A DNA stretch of 64,000 bases from positions 17,042,770 to 17,106,769 of the forward strand of contig NC_057718.1 in assembly GCF_004010195.1 (NCBI RefSeq). Reading direction: 5' to 3'. Under the pieces are notes generated by a model that did not search any database, was not told where the DNA came from, and saw nothing but the letters and a program-made list of their open reading frames with translations. A program made the translations under genes and the position numbers. Below, piece after piece: positions 1 to 14,166 of this stretch. Numbering within the stretch: position 1 is the first letter of the stretch; each line of letters begins with the position of its first letter. The DNA comes from Chiloscyllium plagiosum. Taxonomy: Eukaryota.

Positions 1-1055
1 GTGGTGGTGGAGGGTTGTTTTTCAGACTGGAGGCCTGTGACCAGTGGAGTGCCACAAGGATCAGTGCTGGGCCCTCTACTTTTTGTCATTTACATAAATG
101 ATTTGGATGCGAGCATAAGAGGTACAGTTAGTAAGTTTGCAGATGACACCAAAATTGGAGGTGTAGTGGACAGCGAACAGGGTTACCTCACATTACAAAG
201 GATCTGGACCAGATGGGCCAATGGGCTGAGAAGTGGCAGATGGAGTTTAATTCAGATAAATGCGAGGTGCTGCATTTTGGGAAAGCAAATCTTAGCAGGA
301 GCTATACACTTAATGGTAAGGTCCTAGGGAGTGTTGCTGGACAAAGAGACTTTGGAGTGCAGGTTCATAGCTCCTTGAAAGTGGAGTCGCAGGTAGATAC
401 GACAGTGAAGAAGGCATTTGGTATGCTTTCCTTTATTGGTCAGAGAATTGAGTACAGGAGTTGGGAGGTCATGTTGCGGCTGTACAGGACATTAGTTGGG
501 CCACTATTGGAATATTGTGTGCAATTCTGGTCTCCTTCCTATCGGGAAGGTATTGTGAAACTTGAAAGGGTTCAGAAAGGATTTACAAGGATGTTGCCAG
601 GGTTTGAGGATCTGAGCTGCAGGGAGAGGCTGAATAGGCTGGGGCTGTTTTCCCTGGAGCGTCAGAGGCTGAAGGGTGAACTTATAGAGGTTTACAAAAT
701 TATGAGGGGCATGGATAGATAAATAGGCAAAGTCTTTTCCCTGGGGTGGGGGAGTCCAGAACTAGAGGGCATAGGTTTCGGTTAAGAGGGGAAAGATATA
801 AAACAGACCTAAGGGGCAACTTTTTCACGCAGAGGGTGGTACGTGTATGGAATGAGCTGCCAGAGGATGTGGTGGAGGCTGGTACAATTGCAATATTTAA
901 GAGGCATTTGGATGGGTATATGAATAGGAAGGGTTTGGAGGGATATGGGCCGGGTGCTGGCAGGTGAGACTAGATTGAGTTGGGATATCTGGCCGGCATG
1001 GACGGGTCGGACCGAAGGGTCTGTCTCCGTGCTGTACATCTCAATAACTCTATAT
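1..1055 (+). mobile_element. CR1 LINE, 3' part (RT C-terminal half and 3' UTR), frameshifted
   Basis: GVPQGSVLGPLLF, KFADDTK, LEYCVQFWSP; typical CR1 3' end ggaccgaagggtctg. Confidence 0.95.
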
Positions 1056-1094
1056 GATCCTGAGATGAGCCTCTGACTGCAGTCACATGGATAT

Positions 1095-4000
1095 TTTGGA
1101 AATAGTTCAGGGAGCTAGGGTGGAAGCTTAGAGTAGAACAAACAGTGTTGTTATCTCTGGTTTGTTGCCTGTGCCATGTGCTAATGAGGTGAGGAATAGG
1201 GGGAGAGAGGAGTTGAACATGTGGCTACAGGAATGGTGCAGAAGGGAGGGTTTTGGATTCCTAGACAATTGGGGCTCTTTCTGGGGTAAGTGGGACCCCT
1301 ACAAACAGGATGGTCTTCATCTGAACCAGAGGGGTACCAATATCCTGGGGGGGGGGGGGGGGGGTAAATTTGCTAATGCTCTTCAGGTGAAGGTGGATGA
1401 GAACCCAAATTGTAGTTCGTGTATACGGGAGGATGAGAGTAGTGAGTTCAGAGCTAAGATTTCAAGTTCGCAAGATGGCACTGGCAGGCAAGAAGTTGGT
1501 GTGAAGTGTGTCTACTTCAATGCCAGGAGCATCCAGAATAAGTTGAGTGAACTTGCAGCATGGGTTAGTACCTGGGATTTCGATGTTGTGGCCATTTCAG
1601 AGACGTGGGTAGAGTAGGGACAGGAATGGTTATTGCAGGTTCCGGGATTTAGACGTTTCAGTAAGAACAGAGAAAATGGTAAAAGAGGGGGTGGTGTTGC
1701 ACTGTTAGTCAAGGATTGTATTATAGTTGCAGAAAGAACTTTTGAGGATTCTTCTACTCTGTATGGACTGAGATTAGAAACAGGAAAGAAGAGGTTACCC
1801 TGTAGGGAGTTTTCTACAGGCCCCCAAATAGTTCCAGAGATGTGGAGGAAAGGATAGCAAAGATGATCCTCGATAGGAGCGATAGTGACAGGGTAGTTGT
1901 TATGGGGGACTTTAACTTTCCAAATATTGACAGGGAATACTATAGTTCAAGCACTTCAGATGGGTCAGTTTTTGTCCATTGTGTGTGGCAGGGTTTCCTG
2001 ACACAGCATGTAGACAGGCCAACAAGGGGCGAGGTCACATTAGATTTGGTACTGGGTAATGAACCTGGCCAGGTGTTAGATTTGGAGGCAGATGAGCATT
2101 TTGATGATAGTGACCACAATTTGGTTATGTTTATTTTAATGGCAGAAAAGGATAGGTATATACCGCAGGGCAAGAGTCATAGCTGGGGGAAACGCAATTA
2201 CAATGTGATTAAGCAAGATTCTAAAAAGAGACAGTGCAAGATAGCAGATGATGACACATCCCTCCCAGATCATCTCATCGCCTTCTATGCTTGCTTTCAG
2301 CAGAATTTCAGCAGAGGGGTTACACCTATTCCGTCAAGTCCTGATGAACCTATCCCAACAGTCACTGCATCAGAGGTCAGATCAGTTTTCCTTCATGTGA
2401 ATTCAAGGAAAGCGATGGGACCAGATGGAGTACCAGGCCGTGCATTCAGAGCATGCACAGATCAACTGGCAGAAGTCTTCTCGGACATTTTCAACCTCTC
2501 CCTGCAGCAGGCCACTGTCCCTGCCTGTTTCAAGAGGGCCTAAATAATCGCTGTGCCTAAGAAGGATTTGGCATGACAGTGAATACCTTTGCCAACTTTT
2601 ATAGATGCGCCATTGAGAGCATTCTGTCTGGATGTATCACTACCTGGAATGGCAACTGTACCATTCAAGATCAGAGACGATTATAGAGTGTGGTGAACTC
2701 AGCCTGGACAATCACAAAGGCCAACTTCCTATCTATAGAATCCATCTACCAAGCCCTCTGTCAAGGAAAGGCCGCCAGCATTCTCAAAGATCCATCCATC
2801 CTGGCAATGTTTTTCTACAACCTCTACCATTGGGGAGAAGGTACAGAAGCCTGAACACACGCACCAGCCGGTTTTGAAACAGTTTCTACCCTACTGTTGT
2901 TAGAATACTGAATAGACTCACAAAACCTTAGCATTCGCCTGTACCTGTGTTTTGGTTTTTGCTGTAGTTTACCTATTATTTACTTATCTATGCTATTTAA
3001 CTATGTGATCTGCTTGTATTGCTCGCAAGACAAAGCTTTTCACTGTGCTTCGGTACATGTGACAATACATTCAATTCAATTCAGTTTGGAATGCATAGAA
3101 TGGGAAAGGAAACTGCAGGGGATGGGCACGTTTGAAATGTGGAGCTTATTCAAGGACCAGCTACTGTGGGTCCTTGATAAGTATGTACTGGTCAGGCAGG
3201 GAGGAAGTTATCAAGCATGGGAACCATGGTTTACTAAGGAAATTGAATCTCTTGTCAAGAGGAAGATGAAGACTTATGTTAGGATGAGATATGATTGCTC
3301 CGTTAGGGTGCTTGAGAGTTACAAGTAAGCCAGGAAAAATCTAAAGAGGGAGCTAAGAAGAGCCAGGAAGGGACATGAGAGGTCATTGGCTGATAGGATC
3401 AAGGAAAACCCTATGGCTTTCTGTAGGTATATCAGGAATAAAAGAATGACTAGAGTAAGTTTAGGGCAAGTCAAGGATGGTAGTGGGAAGGTGTGCATGG
3501 AGTTAGAGGAGATAGGAGAAGCTCTAAATGAATACTTTTCGACAATATTCACACTAGAAAAAGACAATATGGTTGTGGAGAATACTAAGATATGGGCTAT
3601 TAGACTAGATGGGGTTGAGGTGCATAAGGAGGAGGTGTTAGCAATTCTGGAAAGTGTAAAAATAGATAAGTCTCCTGGGCCGGATGGGATTTATCCTATG
3701 ATTCTCTGGGAAGCCAGGAAGGAGATTGCTGAGCCTTTGGCTTTGATCTTTATGTCCTCATTGTCAACAGGAATAGTGCCAGAAGACTGGAGGATAGCAA
3801 ATGTTGTACCTTTATTCAAGAAGGGGAGTAGAGACAACCCTGGTAATTATAGACCTGTAAGCCTTACTTCAGTTGTGGGTAAAGTGTTGGAAAGGTTTAT
3901 AAGAGATAGGATTTATAATCATCTAGAAAGCAATAAGTTAATTAGAGATAGACAATACTGTTTTATGAAGGGTAGATCATGCCTCACAAACCTTATTGAG

Positions 4001-5190
4001 TTCTTTGCAAAGGTGGCTAATCAGGTGGATGAGGGTAAAGCGGTTGATGTAATGTATATGGATTTGAGAATGGCATTTGATAAGGTTCCCCACAGTAGGC
4101 TGTTGCACAAAATATGGAGGCATGGGATTGAGGTTGATTTAACAGTTTGGATCAGAAATTGGCTAGCTGAAAGAAGACAGAGGGTGGTGTTGATGGGAAA
4201 TATTCATCCTGGAGTTCAGTTACTAGTGGGTACAGCAAGGATCTGTTTTGGGTCCACTGTTGTTTGTCATTTTTACAAATGACCTGGATGAGGGGATAGA
4301 AGGATGGGTTAGTAAATTTGTGGATGACACTCAGATCGGTAGAGTTGTGGATAGTGATGAAGGATGTTGTAGATTACAGAGAGATACAGATAAGCTGCAG
4401 AGCTGGGCTGAGAGATAGCAAATGGAGTTTAATGTGGAAAAGTGTGAGGTGATTCACTTTGGAAGAAATAACAGGAATGCAGAGTACCGGGCTAATGTTA
4501 AGAATCTTGGTAGTGTAGATGAGCAGAGAGATCTCGGTGTCCAGATACATAGATCCTTGAAAGTTGCCACCCAGGTCGATAGGGTTGTTAAGAAGGCATA
4601 CAGTGTGTTGGCTTTTATTGATAGAGGGATTGAGTTTCAGAACTGGTTGCAGCAGCTGTACAAAACTCTGGTGTGGCCACATTTGGAGTATTGCGTACAG
4701 TTCTGGTCACCACATTATAGGAAGCTTTGGAAAGGGTTCAGAGGAGATTTACATGGATGTTACCTGGTATGGAGGGAAGGTCTTTCAAGGAAAGGCTGAA
4801 GGACTTGAGGTTGTTTTCATTAGAGAGAAAAAGGTTGAGAGATGACTTAATTGAGACATATAAGATAATCAGAGGGTTAGATAGGGTAGACAGAGAGAGC
4901 CTTTTTCCTCGGATGGTGATGGCTAGCATGAAGTGACATAGCTTTAAGCTGAGAGGTGATAGATATAGGACAAATAGTTTCTTTACTCAGAGACTAGTAG
5001 GGGCGTGGAACGCACCGCCTGCAACAGTAGTAGACTTGCCAACTTTAAGGGTATTTAAATGGTCATTGGATAAACATGTGGACAAGAATGGAATAGTGTA
5101 GGATAGATAGGCTTCAGATTGGTTCCACAGGTCGGCACAACATCGAGGGCTGAAGGGCCTGTACTGCGCTGTATTGTTCTATGTTCTATG
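1095..5190 (+). mobile_element. CR1 LINE, long decayed copy (ORF1 esterase end, APE endonuclease, RT), interrupted by Rex1
   Basis: ORF1 ...WCRREGF...DGLHLN (SGNH-type); ORF2 YFNARSI, SETW, GDFNFP, SDHN, SPGPDG, NYRPVSLTS; (TTCTATG)n tail at ~5176-5190; stops and frameshifts. Confidence 0.95.
2221..3083 (+). mobile_element. Rex1/Babar-type LINE fragment, internally deleted, inserted in CR1
   Basis: VNSRKAMGPDGVPGRAFRACTDQLAEVFSDIFNLSL then a jump to C-terminal FYRCAIESILSGCITTW; 3' end ttttcactgtg...tacatgtgacaata with (ATTCA)n tail. Confidence 0.85.
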
Positions 5191-5199
5191 AAATATCAG

Positions 5200-5570
5200 G
5201 CCTGTTCTGCATGAAAGAAATAAGATTAAGGGGAGATTTGATCGAGATTTTCAAAATCATGAAGAGATTGCGCAGAGTAGTTCGAAGAAATTGTTCTCCA
5301 ACGGTAGAAGGGTTCGAGAATCAGAGAATTTTGATTTTAGGATATTGCCAAAAGAAAGCTGTTCTACACAGCGAGGAGCAACGGCTGGAATGAGAGTTTG
5401 TTGGAAGCAGATTCAACCACAACTGTTAAAAGAGAATTGGGTAATTCTCTAAGGAGAAGAGATTTGCAATACTGTAGTGAAATTGGGGTGGGGAGTGATA
5501 CTGGCAAAGTTACTCTTACCAAGAGTTGGCATGGGCATGGGTAGAATGGCCTTCTGTATTGTAGGTCTAT
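5200..5570 (+). mobile_element. Old CR1 3' fragment
   Basis: [13 protein letters not shown] motif followed by decayed 3' UTR. Confidence 0.7.
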
Positions 5571-5855
5571 GTCTTGCTGAATCCAGCATCGCTGGAAAAT
5601 CCACTCACTTGCTGGACAGGTGGAAAATTATCAAAGTAAATTATTCAGCCTCTCAGGGTAGTTTTGTCTTTAGCACTTTGAATAGGAGTACATTAAAAAA
5701 GGTAACTAATATGTAGCGTTTTCTATTTATCAGTATCTAATTTAACGTAAATGTCTGCCCAATTGTTAAAAGGACCTGCAACCTTCTACAAAAGCCTTAA
5801 CTGCATTCTTTGTCCCATTAATGCTTTTCAAGTCAGTGTTATCCATAAAAGTTTC

Positions 5856-5982
5856 GAGGAGAAAGTGAGGTCTGCAGATGCTGGAGATCAAAGTTGAAAC
5901 TTTATTGCTGGAACAGCACAGCAGGTCAGGCAGCATCCAGGGAACAGGAGATTCGACGTTTCGGGCACAGGCCCTTCTTCAG
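5856..5982 (-). mobile_element. Mini Penelope-like (pLTR) insertion with hammerhead motif
   Basis: 15-bp TSD ATCCATAAAAGTTTC (5841-5855 / 5983-5997); minus strand begins CTGAAGA-agggc-ctgt-gccc-GAAAC-GTC. Confidence 0.8.
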
Positions 5983-6915
5983 ATCCATAAAAGTTTCCAA
6001 GTCACGATCGATTTCTACATTCAGAAGGAAAAGATGGAGTTTACCGTTATATAATGACTTTCACACTCTCAGAACATCAAAAATTGCTCTAGCATTAAGT
6101 ACCTTTTGAAGAATGGTCACTGTTGAAATGTAGGAAATCTGGAAATCAGTGTAAATGGAGCAAGGACCCAAGTGCAGACAGATGAGTAAATAACTGTTTT
6201 AAAGCTTTTGGTTGAAGGGCAAATATTGAGTGGAACAACTTGAGAATTGGTCAGTGCCTTACCTTGTGATACAGTTTTGTTTTGATGGTGTACAATCCTT
6301 GACAGCACTTCATGTTTTTTATTTTCTATCCAATCCCATTTTGCTCTGGTTTCCCATGGATTTTAGCTGGAACAGTAATCCTTTATGCAGTACTTCATCA
6401 TCCACCCATTGTGGATAAGGAATTGGAAAGGGAAACTGCATTGTCCTCAACCCTGGCAGTTAGCCCAATACTCAGTCACAAAGATTGAATACCCTGAAAC
6501 CTGATTTTGAAAGTAAATTTTGTGAGAAAATGAAATCTGTTAGATACTCAAAGCTGCACTGCTCCACCAGCCTGTCCCACAAGTCTTGGTAGGTCTTATC
6601 ATTACAGTACTGACAGCCCTTATCCACACAGCACCATGGTCAAACCTGACAGCCTGCATCCTAGTGTCTTAAAAGCACTGGATCTAAAAATACTGGCTGC
6701 ATTGGTTGTAACCTTACAAAACTGTAGATTGTTTTCTGACCCAACACCATAAATAGTGTAGCCTTACAATCTATTAGAGATTTATGGAACTTGTATTTTT
6801 TTAGCTGAATAGCTCAGAGAGAGATTTACTTTGTTTTCCTTTGAGTTTTGAGAAGTCCTGTGAAGTCCTTGGATGAAGATTGCTGTACAAACCTGTGCTT
6901 CTGAGATAGGAAGGA

Positions 6916-7660
6916 TGTAATGAATCTAGAATACCCTTGGAGTTGGTGAGTTAAAAAGTTAATTTTAGTCCCAGACCAAGAGTGTTGCGATAAAACCCTG
7001 AAGAGGGAAAAGGTGAGGACTGCAGATGCTGAAGATCAGAGCTTAAAAATGTGTTACTGGAAAAGTGCAGCAGGTCAGGCAGCATCAACGAAGGGCTTAT
7101 GCCCGAAATGTCGATTCTCCTGTTCCTTTGATGCTTCCTGACCTGCTGCGCTTTTCCAGCAACACATTTTTAAGCTAAAACCCTGAAGAGGCTATTTAAA
7201 GCTACATTGATTTGCGCTCCAGTGTATAACAGCTCCAGGAAGGAGCTACCTTTAGATCCAGTCCATTGAGATATTAGAGGCAGGGATTCTGGTGTGAACA
7301 CTGTACGGATGTTGTTTTTGTGTATTGTACCGGAGTAGTTTTTGGGTATTATACAAATGTTTTTGCTTTTATTTTCAATGTATAACAGAGTATTTTGGGA
7401 TTATACTTTTACTTTGTGTTTAGACATCATTGAATTTGTGTTTTAGGTGATTAGTTTGGCTTATTCCATTTTGTCTTTATTTCATTTGTGAATAAACTTC
7501 AGTTTTTTATTGTTAAAGCAAAATCTGCAGGATTGTGTACTTACGTTTCAGAAAGAGACCACTTGCTAAAATTGAAACAAAACAAAATACAATCTATGAA
7601 ACCAGGTTTCAGTCTAGGATCTAACTTGTACAGTAGTAATTTCACAATACTGTATATAAC
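6916..7660 (+). mobile_element. Probable decayed solo LTR, interrupted by a PLE hairpin insert
   Basis: Starts TGTAA, contains AATAAA at ~7491, ends ...tataac; boundaries approximate. Confidence 0.4.
7007..7175. mobile_element. Mini PLE with inverted pLTR arms
   Basis: 16-bp TSD TAAAACCCTGAAGAGG (6991-7006 / 7176-7191); ~48-bp inverted arms; hammerhead stem II/GAAA present but CUGANGA truncated. Confidence 0.75.
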
Positions 7661-8280
7661 CAGGGAGGATAATTAACTTCTGAATATCAATTCCGTTCCA
7701 TCTAACAGCTGGCTTGTTGGAATTATATAAAAGATCACCTCAGTATGATAGTGTAACATTTAAAAAAATAAAAGTATGTGTGACTAGAGAAGTCAGTACA
7801 GAGCAACCAAAATAAAAAGGTGAGAAAATTGTACTCTACCACACTCCATAATTTCATGGCCTAGAATATCCCTCGTTACATTATTAATATTGGAAGAGAG
7901 AATCTAACCACCTCTTCTTGCCTGGATAAGGGCAGCTCCTCAACATTCAAGAAGCTTGACAATGTCAACAAGAAAGCAGTCCACTTGATTGGAGCTCAAT
8001 TTGCCACTTTGAATTTTCAGTCTCTTCACCACAGTTACATATATAATACGATGTACAAGATGCACTGCAGCAACTCACCAACAAACCTCCATCAGCATTT
8101 CCAAGGTCCACAACCTCTATTACCTAAAGGACTAAAGGTCCGAAGACTAAGGCACATGGGATCACAGTCACATGCAAGTTCCCCTCTGAGCTACACTCCA
8201 TTCTGAATTGAATAAATGATACCTTTCCTTACTGCAGCTGCATCAAAATCCTAGAAGTTGCCTCTCCCTACAAAATTGCA

Positions 8281-8608
8281 GGGTGGCAGGTGGCTCAGTA
8301 GTTAGCACTGCTGCCTTGCAACAACAAGGACCTGGGTTCAATTCCAGTTTTGGGTGACTGTGTGGAGTTTGCACATTCTTTGTGTTTGTGTAGGTTTCCG
8401 AATGGATGTTTTGATTTCCTCCCACAATCCGAAGATGTGCAGATTAGGTGGATTGGTCATGCTAAATTGCCATAGTGTCCAGGGATGTGCATGGTTGGTT
8501 GATTAGTCATGGGAAATGCAGGGTTTTGGGATAGGGTGGGCCTAGGTGGGAAGTTCTTTGGAAGGTTGATTCAGATTGATGGGCCAAATGTATCTGCAAT
8601 GTAGTGAT
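8281..8608 (+). mobile_element. HE1-type tRNA-derived SINE; tail split by the LTR element and continuing at ~15618
   Basis: ggtggctcagtagttagcactgctgcc head, gggttcaattcc B-box, HE1 body. Confidence 0.8.
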
Positions 8609-9319
8609 TGTTACGACATGGAGTAAACCCTCCTGCTTAATTTAAAACCAGTAACACAGAAAGGGTTTATCCTGTGCAGCAACTTGTAAACATTTGAGTG
8701 GCCAAGAACTATTTGAAGTAAAAATTAACAACTTTATTTCTTCAAGTATAACAGAGAATAATTAACGAACAACTATATACAAGTCCTCACTCTAACCCAT
8801 CTTTTACCTTCCCCTTCTATAATACTAGTCCAATAAAACTCCCAATTAAGGTTTATAAAACAACACTTCTGGTCTCCAAACCAGGCAGCTTTCAGTTCTT
8901 CTATTTGGATCTTCCTGTGTCTTCTTTTCTTCTTAGGAATTTCTGCATCACAGGTTACTGACCAAAAAGGTACCTTTAAGAGAGCTATTTTTCAGGCAGC
9001 CTTTTACCTGCTGGAGCTTAGCAGTTCTCCTCTCAACCGTTCAATTTTCCCCAGCCTTATAACCCCAAAGCATCGGATTGTGTCATTGGCTTTTAAGATT
9101 GTCTATATACTCAATTCAAAATGGATTGGAGTTTGATATTTTTCGGGGTATAATTTAAACTGATTGGCCAAATTCAAATTTGTTTTTGTTTCCAGGCAAC
9201 GAGCTCTTCGAGTTGTTCAACTAAGTGTTACATTGTTGCCTTGTTGAGAACACTTGGTGCTGTGTCCAGTAGTTCTGTTGCTTTTAACTCTCTTAAAGTA
9301 TACCCACATCTTCATAACA
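8609..9319 (-). repeat. 3' LTR of the Gmr1-like element
   Basis: TGTTA...TAACA termini; adjacent cctcctccctt (9320-9330) is a polypurine tract on the minus strand. Confidence 0.9.
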
Positions 9320-12300
9320 CCTCCTCCCTTTAAGAAAAAATGAACCATCATAATGAAAAGATGGCTTCATTTTTTTCTTTACTTTTTAAACACATTACCC
9401 TAACATACAGATAACTTTAATATATAAGTTCACCTTAACTTCTTCCCATATACCTGTATATAGCCTTAAATAAAGACAAATCTCATCTAAACTCAATCAC
9501 TTAAGTCTGCAATAACGCACCTGTGATTACAGTCTTCCGACCCGCAACATGTATGATTTTTAAATTTAAAGCCTGTAACATAAGACTCCAATTAAATAGT
9601 CTCATATTGTTATCTTTAGAACATTCTGAGAATGTAAGCAGATTATGGTCAGTGTACACAACTGTCACCCACACATTGTTCGTGACATACACATTAAAAT
9701 GTTGTAAGGCCAGTACCAAACTCAATAATTCCTTTTCAATTGTGGAGTATTTCTTCTAGTGGATATTGATCTTCTTCGAAAAGTTACCACTGGTAGTTCA
9801 ATCCCATCCTCATCTTCCTGTAGGAGTACAGTTCCAACTCCAATGTCACTAGCATCAACGATTACTTTAAAAGGTTTTGGAAAGTTTGGTGTGGCTAAAA
9901 CTGGTTTGATGGTTAATATTGATTTCAAATGGCCGAATGTCTCCTGGCATGGCTCTGTCCACCAAAACTTTGTGTTCTTCTTCAGCAAATCGGTTGACGG
10001 TGCCACTACACTGCTGAAGTTTGGAACAAACTTCCAATAGAATCCACTGAGTCCTAAGGACCTTTCTTTGAGGTTGTTCATGGAAATTCGTTGAAGACCT
10101 TCATCTTTGCATTCCATGGGGTCAACCTTCCATGACTGAATTTATGTCCCAAGTTCGTCACGTCTGCTTTCACGAATTTCGTTTCATTTAAATTTATCAC
10201 CAGTTTTGCTTCTCATAGTTATTCAAAGAGCTTTGCCAACTGTAGCGTGTTTCCAGGACTTACTAAAGATTACTACATCATCCAAATAGACTGCACTATT
10301 TGTTAACCCAGCTACAACTCTGTTCATGGGTCTTTGGAATGTGGTGGGTTCATTCTTCATTCCAAAGGGCATCATTTTAATCTGATATAGCCCATTTGGG
10401 TTTACAAATGCAGAAAGTTCTCTCACCAAATCTGATAAAGGTACCTGCCAGTAACCACGCATTAAGTGCAATTTGGTGATGTAACTGGCTTGTCTGACTT
10501 TCTCAATATAGTCCTCCAATCTAGGAATTGGATATGAGTCCAATTTCGTAACAGTGTTGACCTTCCAATAATCCACGCAGAATCGTTGAGTCCCATCTGG
10601 TTTGGGCACTAAGACGATCGGCGAACTCCACTCACTCTGGCTTGGTTCGATGATGCCCTCATCGAGCATCCACCTCCTTTTGGACCTGTCTGGCTTTGAA
10701 AGGATTAAACTGATAGGGCTGTTGTCTTATCGGAGCAGTATTCCCTACGTCTACTTCATGTACAGTAGCATTAGTTCTCCCCATCTGATTCTTACATATG
10801 TCCTTATACTGCAGTAACAAATCTTTCAACTACGTTCTATGCTCCTGAGACAGACAGCTTACTAACCTGTCCAGGTTCCTCAAGGACTTCTTCATTTTTT
10901 AATCTATTTTGAGGCACCTCAAAATCCACATCATCTAGATTTGATTCCTCACTCTGTGGGGCAGTAACTAACACCTGTTTCTCCAGTTCTTTTCAACAGT
11001 TTCAACACGGTCACATAACATACTTGATACCTTTTTTTTCTAACTGGTATCTGAACTAAATAGTTCACCTGACTCAACTTTTTCTCAATTTGATAGGGAA
11101 CACTAAACCTGGCTTTGAAGGAATCTCCTATCACTGGTAACAGCACTAACACATTGTCCCCTTGGGAAACTGTCCGAGTCTGAGAGTTTTATTTACCACC
11201 TGCTTCATCCTATACTGTGCCCTCTTTAGGTGCTGTTTAGCTAACTCACCTACTCAGTTTAATCTCTCCCTCATCTCCGATACATAATCTAAGTGTGAGA
11301 TCTCCGACTTTGGTCCTGTCAATTTTTCTTTAATTAATTTCAAAGGGCCTCTTGCTTCATGCTTGAAAAGTAACTCAAAGGCAGTGAACTGAGTAGATTC
11401 ATTTGGGGCATTGCTAATGGCAAACAATATGAATGGGATACCTTTATCCCAATAATTTGGGTAATCCTGACAGCATGTTCTCAACATGGTCATCAAGGTC
11501 TGATGCCACCCTTCTAAATCCCTTCTGGGATTCAGGATGATACGCACTGGATTTAAAGTGCTGTGTACCTAAGCTATCCATAACCTCCTTAAACAGCCTA
11601 GCAGTCAAGTTTGACCCTTGGTCCAACTGTATCTCTCTGGGTAGTCCATACCGTGTGAAGAAAGCTACTAACTCCTCTACTACTCTTTTTGCCTTGATAC
11701 TCCATAATGGAATTGCCTCCGGAAATCTGGTAGGCACATCCACTATGGTTAACAAATACTGGTTCTCACTTTTAGTTCTCGAGACGGGACTTACACAATC
11801 AATGATAACCCACATGAAAGGTTCTTCAAGTGTGGGAATTGGCAACAAAGGTGCTGGTTTTATTACCGCCTGTGGCTTACTTACCATTTGGCAAGTATGA
11901 CATGTACGGCAAAGTGAACCACATCCTTGTGTATTCCAGGCCAATAAAAATGTTTTTATATCTTAGCCTGAGTCTTTCATATTCCCAGGTGACCTCCTAC
12001 AGGTAGTTCATGTACTACCTGTAACACTTCCTGTCTATATATTACTGACAATCTGATGCACTTTGGCCCATTTCTCCTCTGCACTAACCTGCTGTGGACT
12101 CCATTTCTGCCTTAGGATTCTATCTTTCAGATAATAATCCTCCGGAATATTCTCCGCCTCCTTTTCAGAGTACACATTCACATACGTATCTTTTATTGTC
12201 TTGTCTTGCTGTTGCAGGACTAAGCACTTCTGTCTGACCCTCTGCCTGTTCAGGATTTTCCTGCAGCATCGCGTCAAACAGGGTGTCCGCTATCTGAATC

Positions 12301-13126
12301 TCAACTCCTTCATCTTTCTCTTTACTTTTCGCTTCGCGCTGTGACTTATGTTAAAGAGATCTGGTTACCACACAGTCTTAGAAAATACCACAATATTTCT
12401 GTTTTAACTCCTCAGTTTCTTGGTCTTCTTTGGCTTCTCCACAAGGGGTGTCACTCCCACCTTGGGTCCTTCCAAATCATTCCCAAGAACAATCTGCATT
12501 TCTGGAATTGACGCTCTGTCAATCACTCGCACTGTAATTTCCCCAGCTTTAAGTTGGCACTCCAATCTGATCTTACATAGGGGAATGCTAAAATTCTGTC
12601 CATCTATCCCACAAATTTCCACAGTCTCGGGTAACAGATCAGAAAGAGTGCATATTCACTCATCTTTTACTATCAGTGACTGGTTAGATCCTGTATCTCT
12701 CAAAATTATAACTTCTTGTCCTTCTCCCCCTGTTCTTTCTGAGCAAACCTTACCCACAGAGGCAAATTCTTTGTAGAGATCAGATACTAAGTCCGTACCC
12801 AGCCCCTGCCTAGGCTGTGCACTCTCCTGCAGCTTCTTGGCTCTTCTTTGGGTGTCCTTTACTACCATCACGAATGCCACTGGCATAACGTCTTTTCCCA
12901 TAGCGCCCTTCCTTAACTGTCACTTTATGTGTCCCACTTTACCACAGTGGAAACACCTGAGGCCTTTCACCTCCTTTCCACCCTCTTGGGCTGATTTTTT
13001 ATCCTGTGGTAAATTCTTACCAGTGCTCTTTACTCTTGGTTTAGTAGTGTAGGACCTCCCCTTCTCTCAACTTCTATCCCTCACAAGACAAAATTCTGGC
13101 AGGAAGCTTGTCTTATGCACCAACAT

Positions 13127-13597
13127 GTACTCATCGGATAATTCTGCTGCCCTTCTCACGTCCTGAACTTTCTGCTCCTCCACATGAATTTCTGGAAGTG
13201 AGTTTTTGAACTCCTCCAGCAGAATAATCTCTCTTAGAGCCTCAAATGTCTTATCTATTTTTAAAGCACAAACCCATCAATCAAAATGACTATGTTTAAT
13301 TCTTTCAAACTCAACTTAGGTCTGACCTGTTTCCTTCTTTATGTTTCTGAACCACTGTCTAAATGCTTCTGGTACCAGATCATAAGAAATTAAAATAGCC
13401 TGCTTACCCTCTTCATAATGTCTTGACCCCTCATCTGACAGCGCAGCAAAAACCCCACTACCTCTGCCTACCAGTTTAGTCTGAACTAGCATTACCCATA
13501 AATCCTCGGACTACTCCATCTGCCTAGCCAACTTTTCAAATGAAATAAAGAAGACTTCAACATCTTTCTCATCAAAATGTGGCAGAGTTCTGACATC
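13127..13597 (-). pseudogene. gag capsid region with SCAN-like domain (in-frame stops)
   Basis: Hand translation: LPHFDEKDVEVFFISFEKLA...LVPEAFRQWFRNIKK...LREIILLEEFKNSLP...AAELSDEY. Confidence 0.8.
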
Positions 13598-14166
13598 ATC
13601 ATATATCACTGCCTTCTCTTTTAATCTCCATCCGGTTAACTTGACATTGCTGATTAAGTCACAACTTCTCAAGTTCAAATTCTCTCTCTTTCTGTCTCTC
13701 CCTTTCTTCTCTCTCTCATTGCTCAGCTAAGAACCTTCTCTCTCTCTCTCTCTTTCTCTTCCTTCTCTCTTTCTTTTTCTCTCTCCCTCTCTCTTTCCTC
13801 TATCTCTTGTTTATCTTCTAACTCTATATTCCTCAATTGTAATTTTTCTAACTCTACTGCACTTGTCTGTTTCTCTGACACACCTAAGTGTTTGAGTAGC
13901 CTTTTTACAATTTCAACTTTACTTTTGTCCTTAGTTAAAGCCAAATCTAACTTATTTTGCTAATTCTAAAAGTATAGCCTTTTTCTTTCCTTGTAAACTT
14001 CCTTGGCAAATTGAGAATCATCTTCAAATCCCAGAACCTCCTTCGCAATTTTAAGAGCCATTTCTCTCACTTTTAATTTAATCAACCACAAGGCAACAAA
14101 ATTGAACAAATTGTCTCACCTATGTTTTATTTAAAGATCTAGGAGACTAATCTACAAGTGTTTAAA

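Noticed and set aside
3386..4282. 298-aa ORF as a functional gene or active LINE
   Set aside because: Fragment of CR1 ORF2 with flanking stops, frameshifts and a Rex1 insertion.
13127..13372. Host SCAN zinc-finger gene
   Set aside because: Lies inside gag of an LTR element, has in-frame stops, and no C2H2 fingers follow.
13680..13800. (CT)n-rich tract as an independent satellite
   Set aside because: Corresponds to the E/R/K-rich segment of the decayed gag on the minus strand.
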